In this document: piece by piece, positions 36,614 through 46,086 of the stretch
How positions within the stretch are numbered: position 1 is the stretch's first letter
Layout: every line of letters starts with the position of its first letter
IMG/VR virus record: IMGVR_UViG_3300037506_000247
Location: 1-60,606 of that record
Direction: 5' to 3' (one strand)
Origin: a virus
Taxonomy: Duplodnaviria > Caudoviricetes
Length of the DNA: 60,606 bases
Position numbers and translations under genes: made by a program
The notes under the pieces: model-generated
The model's input: only the letters and a program-made list of their open reading frames with translations
Databases searched by the model: none
What the model was told of the DNA's origin: nothing

Positions 36614-39600
36614 CCCGCGCCTCCCCCGGAAAATGCGGTGCCGTCGCTCGACGACTCGGCCCCGATGCCACCCGTCGAAGGCTGCGCGAAGGCCGCGCCC
36701 AAGAACCCGGAGGCGACCACCGCGCCTGCTTGTCCGCCGCCAAAGAACACCGCCCCGGCCGGAGCGCTTCCGCCGGGAGTCGTCGCCGAAATCGTCGCCG
36801 CCGTCACGACCGGCACGGAAGCAACAACCACCGTTGGGCCGAGCAGCATCGTCAAAACCGGAGCGGCCGCGGCCGCCGAAGTTGCGGCGAACGCCTGCTC
36901 GGCCGCGAACGCCAGCGCCGGGATCGGCGCGGCGACCGAGGAAGACGCCGAAGACGACGACTCCGTGGACAGCGCCGGAGACGGCGAAGCAACCGGCACG
37001 GACCCCGATGCCGGAAGTGGAGAAGATGACCCCGACGCCTCCGGTTGAGTCGCCAACGCGAATGACGACGCCAAACCGGCTTGGTGAGCCAAGTCGAGTG
37101 TTGCTGATGCAACCGACGCCACGACCACGACCGGAGTCAGCGAAGCGGTTGCGACCCAAGACGGTGCGGACGCCGACACAGCGGCTGTGACCGCGCTTTG
37201 CTCGATCGTCAAAAGCTGTGTCGGGGCCGCCGCCGATGATACTGCGCCCGTGTGCGTCGACGGGTTGGCCAGTTCTTGATCCGCGGCCGCCGTTGATGAC
37301 GCCGATCCGACCGGCTCCGCCGCAACCCCCAGGAACTGGGAAACCGCGGCGGCCAGGGCTTGCGCGGCAACCGGCGACCCCTGATGCGCCAACTCCGCGC
37401 TCGGAGCGGCAATCGACGCTGCGGCCTGGATGATTGAAGGTTCGCCCGTCAGCGCAGTTGCTGCCGGCGACACCGACGAGGCGGCGGTCACAACTCCCAC
37501 TTCCTCGACCCTGCCGGCTTGCGCCACCGGCACCGACAAAACGACCGAAGTCGGGTCCGGCAAGAGGGTCAAGGTCTGAGTCGATGCGGCGGCTCCGGAG
37601 ACCGAAGCGGCCGCCCCAGGCTCGGACACGCCCGCGGTCGCCGGCGCGGCAACCGAATGGGTGGAAACGACGACCGTGGCTTCCTGCGCCAGCGCTTGAT
37701 CTGAGGTAGTGGTCGAAGATGCTGCGACGGCGTGGGCCGGTTCGGCGATGAGCGCCTGGGTTGGCCCCGCGACCGAGGACGTCGAAGCGACCGGATCGGT
37801 GATGACGCCGATGGTCGGCTCCGGAACGGAAGACGCTGCCAGGACGGGGTCGGACAACAGCGCCAGCAAGTTGGTCGGAACAGTCACGCCTCCGACCATG
37901 GCCAGCGCGTTCGCCGCGACCGTCAACAGGGCTGTGGCGGCAACGACCGAAGAGACGGCGCTGACCGGGTTCGGAGTTTCCGTGGCGCCTGCCGGCGTAT
38001 AGTACACGATCACGCAGCCGCACTCGTAGAGGAACTTGTCAACCCGGCCCGTGCCGGACGCCATGCCGATGCCGGCTGCGTTCGATGGGTAGCTGGCCGA
38101 CGTGACCACATTCGAGTAGAAGGCCGACGTTGAGGACAGCACGACCGCGGTCTCGGTGCCGTTGAGCATGATCTTCGGCGTGCCGAGCGTGTCCTCCGGC
38201 TCCAGCGCCAGGATGATCGAGGCCCACGGATCGGTCGCCGCCGTGGTTGCCGTCAACGTGCCGGTCGCGGTCGCCGTCGTCTGAATCTGAAAATACATCC
38301 CCATCGAACCGTCCGGCGTGCCGGCGCTCGACTGGTAGTTGTTCTGCGTGCCGCCCGCCGTGTCCTCGAAAGCCACGGTGTAGCCGGTGATCGCGCTGTA
38401 ATTGTCGTCGTCGCCGCGCCCGGTGCAGAACAGCACCGCGCAGCCGTCAACCGACGGCGTGATGCCTGAGCCTGTCTGCGTGCCGGTACCGGTCGTCTCC
38501 GAGCCGAGCGTGTTCACCGGGTCGCCGGACGCTTTGACTCCCCTGAACTCTTTGATCCCGCCGACGATGGTTCCGCCGGACGTGTGCCCGACCACCAGAT
38601 TGGGAGTGTTCCCGGCGTAGCGGAAGTACCACACCGACAATCGGCTGCCGGTGCCGCCGCCGTTGAATTGCGCGATCTGCGTCCAGTCCGTCAGCGTGTG
38701 GGCCGCGTTGTCCGCCGAGTGGATGACCGCGATCCACAGACTGGGGTTTTGCGGAGACGACGGCGCATTCAGCGTGATGTCGCCGCTGGCAGCGCTCGCC
38801 TCGGTCCCACTGTTGCCGGCCGTGATGTTCGTCACCGAGCTGCGCTTGGCCCAGAGCCAGCCGACATGACCAACGTAGGTCTTGCCGGTCAGGACCGGCG
38901 TCGTCTCGCTGGCGGTCTGGAGCGTGTAGTTCTGCTGCACGTCGGTCGCGGCGGCGTGCTGCTTGTAGTTCGTCTCGCTGATCGGCACTTCGTTGACAGC
39001 GCCGGTGCCGCCCGTCGTGTCGAAGTTGCCGGCGTTGGTCTCGTCCGGCTTGGCCGCGGTAACTCCGCAGCCGGTCGTGGTGTCGCCCGCGAAGATGTCG
39101 GCGAGGTCCGCGCCGTTGTCGATGGCCAGCTCGTCGGAGTAGGAGATGAAGTTGTCGCCGGCGGCGCTGTTCATAGTCATGCGGAACGAGTCAGAGCCCG
39201 TGTTGGTCAGCGTGCCGTTGCTGCTGATCGTGATCTCCAGCACTCCGTTTAAGTAGACCCTGATCTCGAAGTTCGTAGTGCTGGTGATGACGTAACTCAA
39301 GCCGATTCTATACCACGTATCAACCGAGAGGACCGTGTTGCCAACCACAGCCGGAGCACCAACGCCGTTGGCCTGGAGCTTGCCGTCTGTTCTAAGATGC
39401 ATCAGCCAGACGTTGGCCAACGACGTATTTTGCGAGGCGGCGATGATTGCATCGGCGGCAGGCGACACGCTGGCGAACCTGCGCCAAAAACTTATGCGCC
39501 TGCCTGCGTCGGCCATAACATCGTTCTTGATGAGAACGGCGTTCGCCGCTGGGCTGCTGGTGTCGTGCTTCCACGACCGCGCCTGGCCGACGCGCGTGAT

Positions 39601-39693
39601 CGTGGATTCCATGGTCACCGTGCCGGACGTGGACGTGAACGGCTCGAAGCCGCCCGTCTGCGAGGCGTTGCAGGCGTAGACCAGGTCGGCCAT
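36610..39693 (-). CDS. Large fibre/adhesin-like virion protein (LamG/ConA-like N-terminus, Ala/Ser/Thr repeat C-terminus)
   Basis: LSVDTWYRI..VYLNGVL pattern and roughly 22-aa Ala/Ser/Pro repeats. Confidence 0.7.
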   Translation of the reverse strand: MADLVYACNASQTGGFEPFTSTSGTVTMESTITRVGQARSWKHDTSSPAANAVLIKNDVMADAGRRISFWRRFASVSPAADAIIAASQNTSLANVWLMHLRTDGKLQANGVGAPAVVGNTVLSVDTWYRIGLSYVITSTTNFEIRVYLNGVLEITISSNGTLTNTGSDSFRMTMNSAAGDNFISYSDELAIDNGADLADIFAGDTTTGCGVTAAKPDETNAGNFDTTGGTGAVNEVPISETNYKQHAAATDVQQNYTLQTASETTPVLTGKTYVGHVGWLWAKRSSVTNITAGNSGTEASAASGDITLNAPSSPQNPSLWIAVIHSADNAAHTLTDWTQIAQFNGGGTGSRLSVWYFRYAGNTPNLVVGHTSGGTIVGGIKEFRGVKASGDPVNTLGSETTGTGTQTGSGITPSVDGCAVLFCTGRGDDDNYSAITGYTVAFEDTAGGTQNNYQSSAGTPDGSMGMYFQIQTTATATGTLTATTAATDPWASIILALEPEDTLGTPKIMLNGTETAVVLSSTSAFYSNVVTSASYPSNAAGIGMASGTGRVDKFLYECGCVIVYYTPAGATETPNPVSAVSSVVAATALLTVAANALAMVGGVTVPTNLLALLSDPVLAASSVPEPTIGVITDPVASTSSVAGPTQALIAEPAHAVAASSTTTSDQALAQEATVVVSTHSVAAPATAGVSEPGAAASVSGAAASTQTLTLLPDPTSVVLSVPVAQAGRVEEVGVVTAASSVSPAATALTGEPSIIQAAASIAAPSAELAHQGSPVAAQALAAAVSQFLGVAAEPVGSASSTAAADQELANPSTHTGAVSSAAAPTQLLTIEQSAVTAAVSASAPSWVATASLTPVVVVASVASATLDLAHQAGLASSFALATQPEASGSSSPLPASGSVPVASPSPALSTESSSSASSSVAAPIPALAFAAEQAFAATSAAAAAPVLTMLLGPTVVVASVPVVTAATISATTPGGSAPAGAVFFGGGQAGAVVASGFLGAAFAQPSTGGIGAESSSDGTAFSGGGAG

Positions 39694-39983
39694 CAGCGCG
39701 CCTCCGCGACTTCGATGCCGCGCTCAGGGTCCAGAGTCACGGCCGGCCAATCGGAGGCGAGCAACCGCACCTTGACAGTGACGTTGCCGCCAACGAGAGA
39801 CTGGAGGGCGGATGACAAGCGAGACTCGCACTGCGTCTGCGTCTCGTTGCCCTGGCGAACCAGGAACGTGGAACCAAACGCGCGGCCGACGAGCGTGCCG
39901 GGCGCGTCCTGGGTGCGCTCAACCCAGAACCCGCGCTCGTTCGTGGTGGGGTGGTTCAAGTGTTGATTGCGGATGGCTGGCAA
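39693..39983 (-). CDS. Hypothetical protein
   Basis: AGGAG RBS, TTG start, TGATG coupling downstream. Confidence 0.55.
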   Translation of the reverse strand: MPAIRNQHLNHPTTNERGFWVERTQDAPGTLVGRAFGSTFLVRQGNETQTQCESRLSSALQSLVGGNVTVKVRLLASDWPAVTLDPERGIEVAEAR

Positions 39984-40011
39984 AGTCGCTGCTCCTGTTG
40001 AGTCCGATCAC

Positions 40012-40641
40012 TCACTTCCCCGGCGCGGCAGGTACGACCAGATCGAACTTGATCGCCCCCTCCACGCCCATCTTCACGGCCCAGATGCCCCCCTTCTCGT
40101 CCTTGGCAACGAACTTGCCCGATAACTCCGGCGCGGTTTGCACCTTGCAATTCAAACCGTGCAGCTCTTTGAAGGCGGCCTCGGCCTCGGCGAGTCGCCT
40201 GCGCTTGCCGCGCGTCATGAAGGCCTCGACAGCGCATGCCGCTTTGGCTTCTGCCTCCGATGTCGTCTTGAATTCCTCGCGGTGCTTGCCGTCCAACTCG
40301 AACGAGAAGGCCGGGCGCTTCTGGCGGGGTTTGACTTTGCCCGACTTGGCCACCACCTCCTCGGTCGTGACCTCTCCAACCTGGATGACCTTGGCCCGCG
40401 CCGGCTTGTCGTGGCCTCGACTCAGCGCGGTCGCCATCTGCGGTCCGGCCGAGGCGACCCCGGCGCCGCCGAAGGCTTCGCCGGATCGCCCCAACCGCAG
40501 GCGGTTGACGATGCGCTCGGCCGCGGCCTTGGTTGGACACCAGGCGAGCGACGGCTCGCCATCCACCGTGAACGTCCACGACTTGCGGCCCCGGCTCCGT
40601 TCAGCCCGCCCCGCATCTTCGACCACCTTGAACTCTGCCAT
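40012..40641 (-). CDS. Hypothetical protein
   Basis: GGAGG RBS, start MAEFKV. Confidence 0.6.
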   Translation of the reverse strand: MAEFKVVEDAGRAERSRGRKSWTFTVDGEPSLAWCPTKAAAERIVNRLRLGRSGEAFGGAGVASAGPQMATALSRGHDKPARAKVIQVGEVTTEEVVAKSGKVKPRQKRPAFSFELDGKHREEFKTTSEAEAKAACAVEAFMTRGKRRRLAEAEAAFKELHGLNCKVQTAPELSGKFVAKDEKGGIWAVKMGVEGAIKFDLVVPAAPGK

Positions 40642-40670
40642 GCCTTGTCCCTCCGTTCGATCGCGGAACC

Positions 40671-41102
40671 TCACGTGATCTGCACGATGCCTTCCGCGTT
40701 CCACTGAATCGTGAAGTTGCTGCCGCCGGGATTGATATTGCCGCTGAATTCGATCCAGCACAACGGAAAGCTGCCGGCGTCGTTGGTGATGAACTCATGA
40801 ATGCCGGCCCCTTGCATCTGCCTGGTGCCGTTGCCGAGCGCGGTCCAGCTCACGTCGTCGGCGTCGAACTCAGCGCGGTCGTTGGCGTCGTCCGTGTTGA
40901 CCGCCTCGTTGGCGAGGTTGACGCGCGCGTAATTGGTGCCGTCCATCTCGTCGAGCGTGTACGAACCGGTGTTGTCGGTGTCCACGTCGGTGTCAAACGT
41001 GGTGTTGGTCATCAAGAGGAACAAGCGCATGTCGTCCGTGTTCAAATCCATGTCGCCGGACATCATGCGGCTCTTGGCAATGTTCTTGACGTTCGACGCC
41101 AT
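40671..41102 (-). CDS. Virion structural protein (fibre-associated)
   Basis: DLNTDDMRLFLL..Y..AEFDADDVSW..NFTIQW..GI pattern, typical of small proteins preceding such fibres. Confidence 0.65.
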   Translation of the reverse strand: MASNVKNIAKSRMMSGDMDLNTDDMRLFLLMTNTTFDTDVDTDNTGSYTLDEMDGTNYARVNLANEAVNTDDANDRAEFDADDVSWTALGNGTRQMQGAGIHEFITNDAGSFPLCWIEFSGNINPGGSNFTIQWNAEGIVQIT

Positions 41103-41326
41103 CTCGATCCTCCCTCGGAAAGCCGCCGGCCCCGGTTCCCGCCTGGACCGGCGGCTCAGCCAACATCTCTTCTCATTTGCGGATCAACCTTGACCTTCGG
41201 ACCGGTCGATCCTTCCCGCTCTCCTGCTGCGCCGAACCGCCGCCGGAATGCGCTTCCGAGAAACCGGCGATCCGACTGCCCACGCTGACCCAAGCGACCA
41301 GCCGGCGATCCGCCCGCCCCTGCGTC

Positions 41327-41698
41327 TCAAACCGGTTTCTTGCCGCTGCCGTCCCACGGCTTCAAATGGCCGGCGGCGAGCATGACACGCGCGAAGTCGC
41401 GGCCGTCCGAGAGGCTGATTTCCGCGAGCCAGCGCCCGTACTTGTCTCCGCCGCCAGCCTCCCCGGATTTGTGTGATTGCACCACAACCGGTGACCCAGG
41501 CGGGGCCAACTCGACTGCCGCTGCCAAGGCCGCGAAACCGCGCCGCTTCTCCTCCGCGTCCTTCGAGTGGATTTCCGGCGCGTTGACTCCGAAAATGCGA
41601 ACGCGCTGAAAGGTCGTCACCCGGAAACCGAGGTCCACGGCAAGGTCCACCGTGTCGCCGTCAACCCAATTCACAATCTTGCAGCGATATCGGTACAA
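41327..41698 (-). CDS. Thermonuclease (SNase-like)
   Basis: VDGDTVDLAVDLGF, RIFGVNAPE, DKYGRWLA. Confidence 0.9.
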   Translation of the reverse strand: MYRYRCKIVNWVDGDTVDLAVDLGFRVTTFQRVRIFGVNAPEIHSKDAEEKRRGFAALAAAVELAPPGSPVVVQSHKSGEAGGGDKYGRWLAEISLSDGRDFARVMLAAGHLKPWDGSGKKPV

Positions 41699-41701
41699 TG
41701 A

Positions 41702-41983
41702 TCACTCCAGGAACTTTTCCGCGATGCCGGTGAACAGGTAGCCGCTGTCCATCCGCACATCATACTTGAAGAACACCCAACTTTCCGGATCCGCAATGGC
41801 GACGCCCTCGGCCACGTAATCCGGGACCATCAGCGGGTGAACCCGCCGCACGATTCCCCACTCACCGTTGCAACCGAGCGCGGCGACGGGCCATTCATCG
41901 GGCTTGAGACCGACCACCCGGACGCGCTGCGCAGGCCGATGACGCGCTTGCAGAAGCATGAGCCACCCCGCCGGGATCGTCAT
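41702..41983 (-). CDS. Hypothetical protein
   Basis: ATGA overlap. Confidence 0.55.
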   Translation of the reverse strand: MTIPAGWLMLLQARHRPAQRVRVVGLKPDEWPVAALGCNGEWGIVRRVHPLMVPDYVAEGVAIADPESWVFFKYDVRMDSGYLFTGIAEKFLE

Positions 41984-42342
41984 TTTGGCGGCTGAAGGTC
42001 GATCAAGAAGCCGCTCGTCTTCGTGACGTTCGTGTTGATCGGCACCGGAGTGTTAGGCTGCCTGAGCGCCAGCCACGCGGCGAGCGCGGAAGGTATTGCA
42101 GCGGCCGCCACGGCAATGCCGATCGCGCCAAGAGCGCCGATGCCGCTTGCCGTCTGCGTCACGGTCTTCGCGCCGGACTCATCTAGCAACAAGCTGACCG
42201 GCACGCCCCAGTCCCGCGCCAACTTATAGCGGCGCGCCGCCAGAACGGCTTTCTGATCGCGCAGCCAGTTCGCCGAGAGAACCGACTGCGGCGGGACCAA
42301 TTCATCAACCGTTTGGGGCAGGCTGACTTGTTGCTCCGCCAC
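41980..42342 (-). CDS. Membrane protein
   Basis: GAGGAG RBS, GTG start, one hydrophobic segment. Confidence 0.6.
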   Translation of the reverse strand: MAEQQVSLPQTVDELVPPQSVLSANWLRDQKAVLAARRYKLARDWGVPVSLLLDESGAKTVTQTASGIGALGAIGIAVAAAAIPSALAAWLALRQPNTPVPINTNVTKTSGFLIDLQPPK

Positions 42343-42667
42343 TGGTAGACTCCTCAACGATTTGCACCTTGGCTGGCTCCACCGCCTTCGGCGCGCGTGC
42401 TTCGATGTCGGAACGGATCAACCGGATGAGCTGCACGAGCAGTATCGTCTGGTCGCCCGCCCCGGCCTTGAGCGCCGCCGCCAGGTCGGGGTCCAGCTTC
42501 ACCGGGATCGTGATTGGAGGCGCTGGCATGCCAATCAACCCCCTTTCGAGGTTGGAGTTCTCTTCCCAGCCTTGCAGAACCTTGGCCCGGCCCTCGAACG
42601 CCAGCTTGTCGCTGTTGTCCTCAAGCATCTTGGCCAAGGCCGCAAGCTCCACGATGTTCAAGGCCAT
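42305..42667 (-). CDS. Hypothetical protein
   Basis: Operon position. Confidence 0.6.
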   Translation of the reverse strand: MALNIVELAALAKMLEDNSDKLAFEGRAKVLQGWEENSNLERGLIGMPAPPITIPVKLDPDLAAALKAGAGDQTILLVQLIRLIRSDIEARAPKAVEPAKVQIVEESTSGGATSQPAPNG

Positions 42668-42668
42668 G

Positions 42669-42932
42669 TTACTTGTCCGGCTCGGGCACGATGCGAACCG
42701 TCCGCAGGCCCATCGCGTACTGGGCGTCCGGGTTGGCCTTCGCTTCCTTCATCGCCGCCGCCTCCACGAACGACGGCTCGGTGTATTCGCGCAACATCAC
42801 GCGGTCGATGATGTTGAGGAACGTTGCCGCGCCCTGCGACATCGTTTGCGTCACCGCCGCTGCCGAGTCGCCGCGCAGCGCAAACGATTTCGCGAGCTGG
42901 CCAGAAATCACGTCGTCAAGATTCACTGCCAT
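42669..42932 (-). CDS. Hypothetical protein
   Basis: GGGAG RBS, start MAVNLDD. Confidence 0.6.
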   Translation of the reverse strand: MAVNLDDVISGQLAKSFALRGDSAAAVTQTMSQGAATFLNIIDRVMLREYTEPSFVEAAAMKEAKANPDAQYAMGLRTVRIVPEPDK

Positions 42933-42988
42933 GGAACTGACTCCCAGAAAAAGAGAGACTGAAAAACCGGCCACGCGGCCGGCACGAT

Positions 42989-43663
42989 TCATTTGACTGG
43001 CAACAGGAAAATCTTCAATGGTTCGTCCCTGCCGAACTGCACCCGGCGGAGCAACGCGCCGGACGTGTCATACAACTCGGCCGTGAACTTTTGCGCCCGC
43101 AGCGCGGCGATCTCGGCTTGCAGCGCCGCAACATCTGCGTCCTTGCCGTCTTTGCCGTTGGCCCCGTCCTTGCCGTCGCGGCCGGGCTTGCCGTCAAGCC
43201 CCGGCTTCCCGTCCTTGCCGTCGGCTCCGTCGCGGCCGTCCTTGCCGTTGACGACCTTGATTTTGGCAAAGCCGGCGTCGATCATCTTCTGGATCGCCGC
43301 CATGTCTGCGTCCTTGCCGTCGCGCCCGTCTTTGCCTGGCTGGCCGTCCTTGCCGGCCGGACCCGGCGATGCCTTGTGCTTCGCCATCTCGTCGATCTTG
43401 GCCTGCACTTCGGCCAGCTTCTTCAGAGCGTTTTCCAGCTGCGGCTCGATCTTCTGCTCAAGCCGCTTCGCCGGAATGATCGGGAACACGTTGGGCGCGA
43501 GTTTCCTCAAGCAGTCGGCGCACGGCTGTCCCTTCGCGCCGCTGACGATTGGCGGTCCACCCTGGACCGGCGAGCGCGCCGGGCGTCAGGTCGGACACGG
43601 CTGTTGAGCCTGAATCGGCCACGTGAGGATGAACGAGAGCAACGCGAGTGCAAAACGGCTCAT
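42989..43663 (-). CDS. Exported collagen-like protein with in-frame UGA (CxxU); candidate selenoprotein
   Basis: GGAGG RBS and ATGA overlap at 43663. Reads MSRFALALLSFILTWPIQAQQPCPT*RPARSP..CADCLRKLAP.. then GKD/GRD Gly-X-Y repeats. TGA at 43588-43586. Confidence 0.7.
43542..43589 (-). promoter_or_regulatory. Bacterial SECIS-like stem-loop
   Basis: Upper stem CGGTCCA/TGGACCG with a GGG loop 23 nt after UGA. Lower stem CTGACG/CGTCAG includes the UGA. Confidence 0.5.
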
Positions 43664-44685
43664 CTTCCACCTCCAATGATCGAAACCCGCGACGACGACC
43701 CCTGGCCCGTAGCCTCAACCGCTCCGGTGGGCAGGCTGGCCTTGGGGTCGATCACGTCCTCTCGAAAGCTGACCCGGCGATTGATCCCGTTTGGCGAGAT
43801 GCTGGTCGGCTCGAACGGATGGAATGACAGAATCGTGTCATCGCCGCGGATCACCGAAGCATAACCAGGGGATTTGCCGGCGTGCTGGTGACACTTCGCG
43901 CACGCGACGACGTTGCCGGCATAGAGCGGCGGAATGGCAGCGTCGTCGGACTGGGTCGTAGCCACGATCCGCGACGGCTTGAAAGCCGGCCAAATAGTTT
44001 TGTCGGTCGTCTCAGGCAGCAACCAGGCAGTGGCTTTGAGACGGTCAACCCCCAACAAACTCAACTTTTCACCTGGCTGCGTAGGCAGCTCCCAGGTTCG
44101 CTTGATAGCGCCCTTAGGCAGGTCCTCGGCAGATGCGTAAGGCCGATAGGCGATGCCGTCATCCCATTTGCCATCGCGCTTTTCGCGCAGGCGCAGCTCG
44201 AACGGCCACTCCTGGCCGTCATGTTTGCGTATCAGCATGTCGGCGAAAATCGTTCCGTCCGGGTACTCCCAGCGCCAAATCGGTAGCGAGCCGGCCCCGC
44301 GCATCTCAATCATTCCCTTCCAGACCTTGAGCGGGCCGGGCAGGTGGACGGCCGTCGCGTTCCGCCAGTGCTTGCGGTCGGTTCCCTGAAGGCCGCCAGG
44401 ACGGCGCCAGAGCCGCAACAGATTGACGTTGTGGTCGTTGGCCACGAGAGCGTAGTCGGCGCTGCTGAGCAGATACGTCGGCCGCAGCGCGCCGTCCCTG
44501 GCCACATGCTGGAACGCCGGCTTGCAGTCGTAGAACCTCATCCCGGCCGGGAACTCAACCCCGGTCCATTTCCACAGCGATTCTTCGTGGGCCTGCCTGT
44601 CGGCCGAAACCCATTGGGCCGATCCAACGGCGCTTGAGGCCAGCAACAAAACCAGCGGCAGAAAGTGCTTCGACGCCTTGAGCAT
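43660..44685 (-). CDS. Exported protein with CxxCH heme-binding motif
   Basis: Signal-peptide-like N-terminus, YPDGTIF, CAKCH at 43902-43888. Confidence 0.65.
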   Translation of the reverse strand: MLKASKHFLPLVLLLASSAVGSAQWVSADRQAHEESLWKWTGVEFPAGMRFYDCKPAFQHVARDGALRPTYLLSSADYALVANDHNVNLLRLWRRPGGLQGTDRKHWRNATAVHLPGPLKVWKGMIEMRGAGSLPIWRWEYPDGTIFADMLIRKHDGQEWPFELRLREKRDGKWDDGIAYRPYASAEDLPKGAIKRTWELPTQPGEKLSLLGVDRLKATAWLLPETTDKTIWPAFKPSRIVATTQSDDAAIPPLYAGNVVACAKCHQHAGKSPGYASVIRGDDTILSFHPFEPTSISPNGINRRVSFREDVIDPKASLPTGAVEATGQGSSSRVSIIGGGR

Positions 44686-44756
44686 GTCCTCACCTCAACC
44701 ACGCGGTCATTTGAGATCAAGCGCGATCACGTCCATCGTCGCTCCGTGACTCACGA

Positions 44757-45212
44757 TCATCTTAGTTCCTTCGGCAACGGCTCGCGGACGGCCGCGCTCG
44801 TGTTCTTAGCGACCCACTCCATGAACAGCTCAATCCTGCCGAGCCTGGCGAGGTAGTCGCCGTGCCTCTTGTCGCTCCTGTCGCGGCTCAGCCTGCGGTC
44901 TTCATCGTAGCGAGCCAGCAGCTCGCGGCGCTCAGCAGCAGCCTCCACGCGCGCTTCCTTCAGCTCCAACCGCAGCCCGTCCAGCTCCGAGGCCGTGCGG
45001 TCAAGCACCCACCAGATCACGCCGATGAACGTCAGCGCCAAGACCGCCAACATGCCCAGCTGCGACCAAATCTTCGCGGCGATCCCGCCTGGCGTCAACG
45101 GGAAGTCGGCTTCGACCCTCAGCGTCCGCCCGGACTTCGGGTCCTTCGTCTCGGCAGACAGCATCTGCCCCGGAAGACTCCCTGGCTTCGACTGTTGCGG
45201 ATCGCCGTTCAC
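44757..45212 (-). CDS. Single-pass membrane protein with coiled coil (holin/spanin-like position)
   Basis: GTGA overlap. LGMLAVLALTFIGVIWWVL. Confidence 0.55.
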   Translation of the reverse strand: MNGDPQQSKPGSLPGQMLSAETKDPKSGRTLRVEADFPLTPGGIAAKIWSQLGMLAVLALTFIGVIWWVLDRTASELDGLRLELKEARVEAAAERRELLARYDEDRRLSRDRSDKRHGDYLARLGRIELFMEWVAKNTSAAVREPLPKELR

Positions 45213-45694
45213 AACTTCTCCCTGGATCGCTCGTCGATCTGTTGGCTCACCCTGGCCACGGCTTGCTCTGCCCACCGGTGATGGTCGGCAACCGCAGACC
45301 CTTGTTGCCTGAGCAACTCCACCTGCTCTTTGCCGAACGCCTTGATCTCTTCCAGGTGGACCATCTCTGTCCTCTGCAAGCCGAGGTGCTCGAAGCTGGT
45401 CGCGGCGATGTCCTTGATGTTCATCTCGATCCCGGTCAAGCTCAGCGTTTGCTTGTCGATTTGGGCTTTCGACGAGGTGACTGCCTCGGTCTGCTCCGGA
45501 ATGGCATTGCGAAGCACCTGAAGCAACTCCAGGTGAGAAGCGATGATTGGGGTGGCCACGTTGTCCCTCGTCCAGCGGACCACCTGCCAGACCCCCCAGC
45601 CGAACCCAAGCAGGATGACGGCTAGGACGCCGTTGTCCCAAGCCTTGGACCAGAAATCCATCCCAGGCGACTGAGCGAATAGTCCCCACATCAT
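45209..45694 (-). CDS. Single-pass membrane protein (holin-like)
   Basis: GVLAVILLGFGWGVW followed by an amphipathic helix. Confidence 0.55.
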   Translation of the reverse strand: MMWGLFAQSPGMDFWSKAWDNGVLAVILLGFGWGVWQVVRWTRDNVATPIIASHLELLQVLRNAIPEQTEAVTSSKAQIDKQTLSLTGIEMNIKDIAATSFEHLGLQRTEMVHLEEIKAFGKEQVELLRQQGSAVADHHRWAEQAVARVSQQIDERSREKL

Positions 45695-46083
45695 TGCCTC
45701 TCTCGTTCTGCGAAAGCGCTTCGTTTCAAGTCGCCGTGTTCAACCGGCACTCGCAACTGACTCTCGCGCTGAATCACCAGGCCGCCGACAAACAGCGACT
45801 GAAGCATGCTCGCCCCGGCCCGCAACTCGTCCTTGATCGTCTGGCCAACCTCGGCCGCGAACTGCCGCGCCGGTCCTTCGAGAAACTTGCTGCCGTAAAG
45901 CGACGGCCCCCAGCGCACGCCCAAGCCCGACGGCCGGGCCTCGCCCGCGTGCTTGGGCGTCATCTCGTGCAAGGCCAGCGCGTGCGCGGCGTTGTAGCCG
46001 ACCGCGACCGAGCCGGTCTCCTCGGCGATCCGCCGCTTGATCGCGTCGAGCTTGCGCACCAGCTTCAAGTGATCGACTTTCAT
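45691..46083 (-). CDS. Neck/tail completion protein (HK97 gp10-like)
   Basis: VGYNAAHALALHE, KFLEGPA, SQLRVPVEHGDLKRSA. Confidence 0.75.
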   Translation of the reverse strand: MKVDHLKLVRKLDAIKRRIAEETGSVAVGYNAAHALALHEMTPKHAGEARPSGLGVRWGPSLYGSKFLEGPARQFAAEVGQTIKDELRAGASMLQSLFVGGLVIQRESQLRVPVEHGDLKRSAFAERERQ

Positions 46084-46086
46084 CCC

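Noticed and set aside
36614-38023. Upstream 470 codons of the 611-aa ORF 36188-38023
   Set aside because: This is an Arg/Gly-rich alternate frame over the fibre gene. The real gene starts at 36613 with an RBS and ATGA overlap.
43130-43370. Short tandem DNA repeats (CCGTCCTTG-like)
   Set aside because: Explained by collagen-like GKD/GRD codons, not a CRISPR array or DNA-level repeat.
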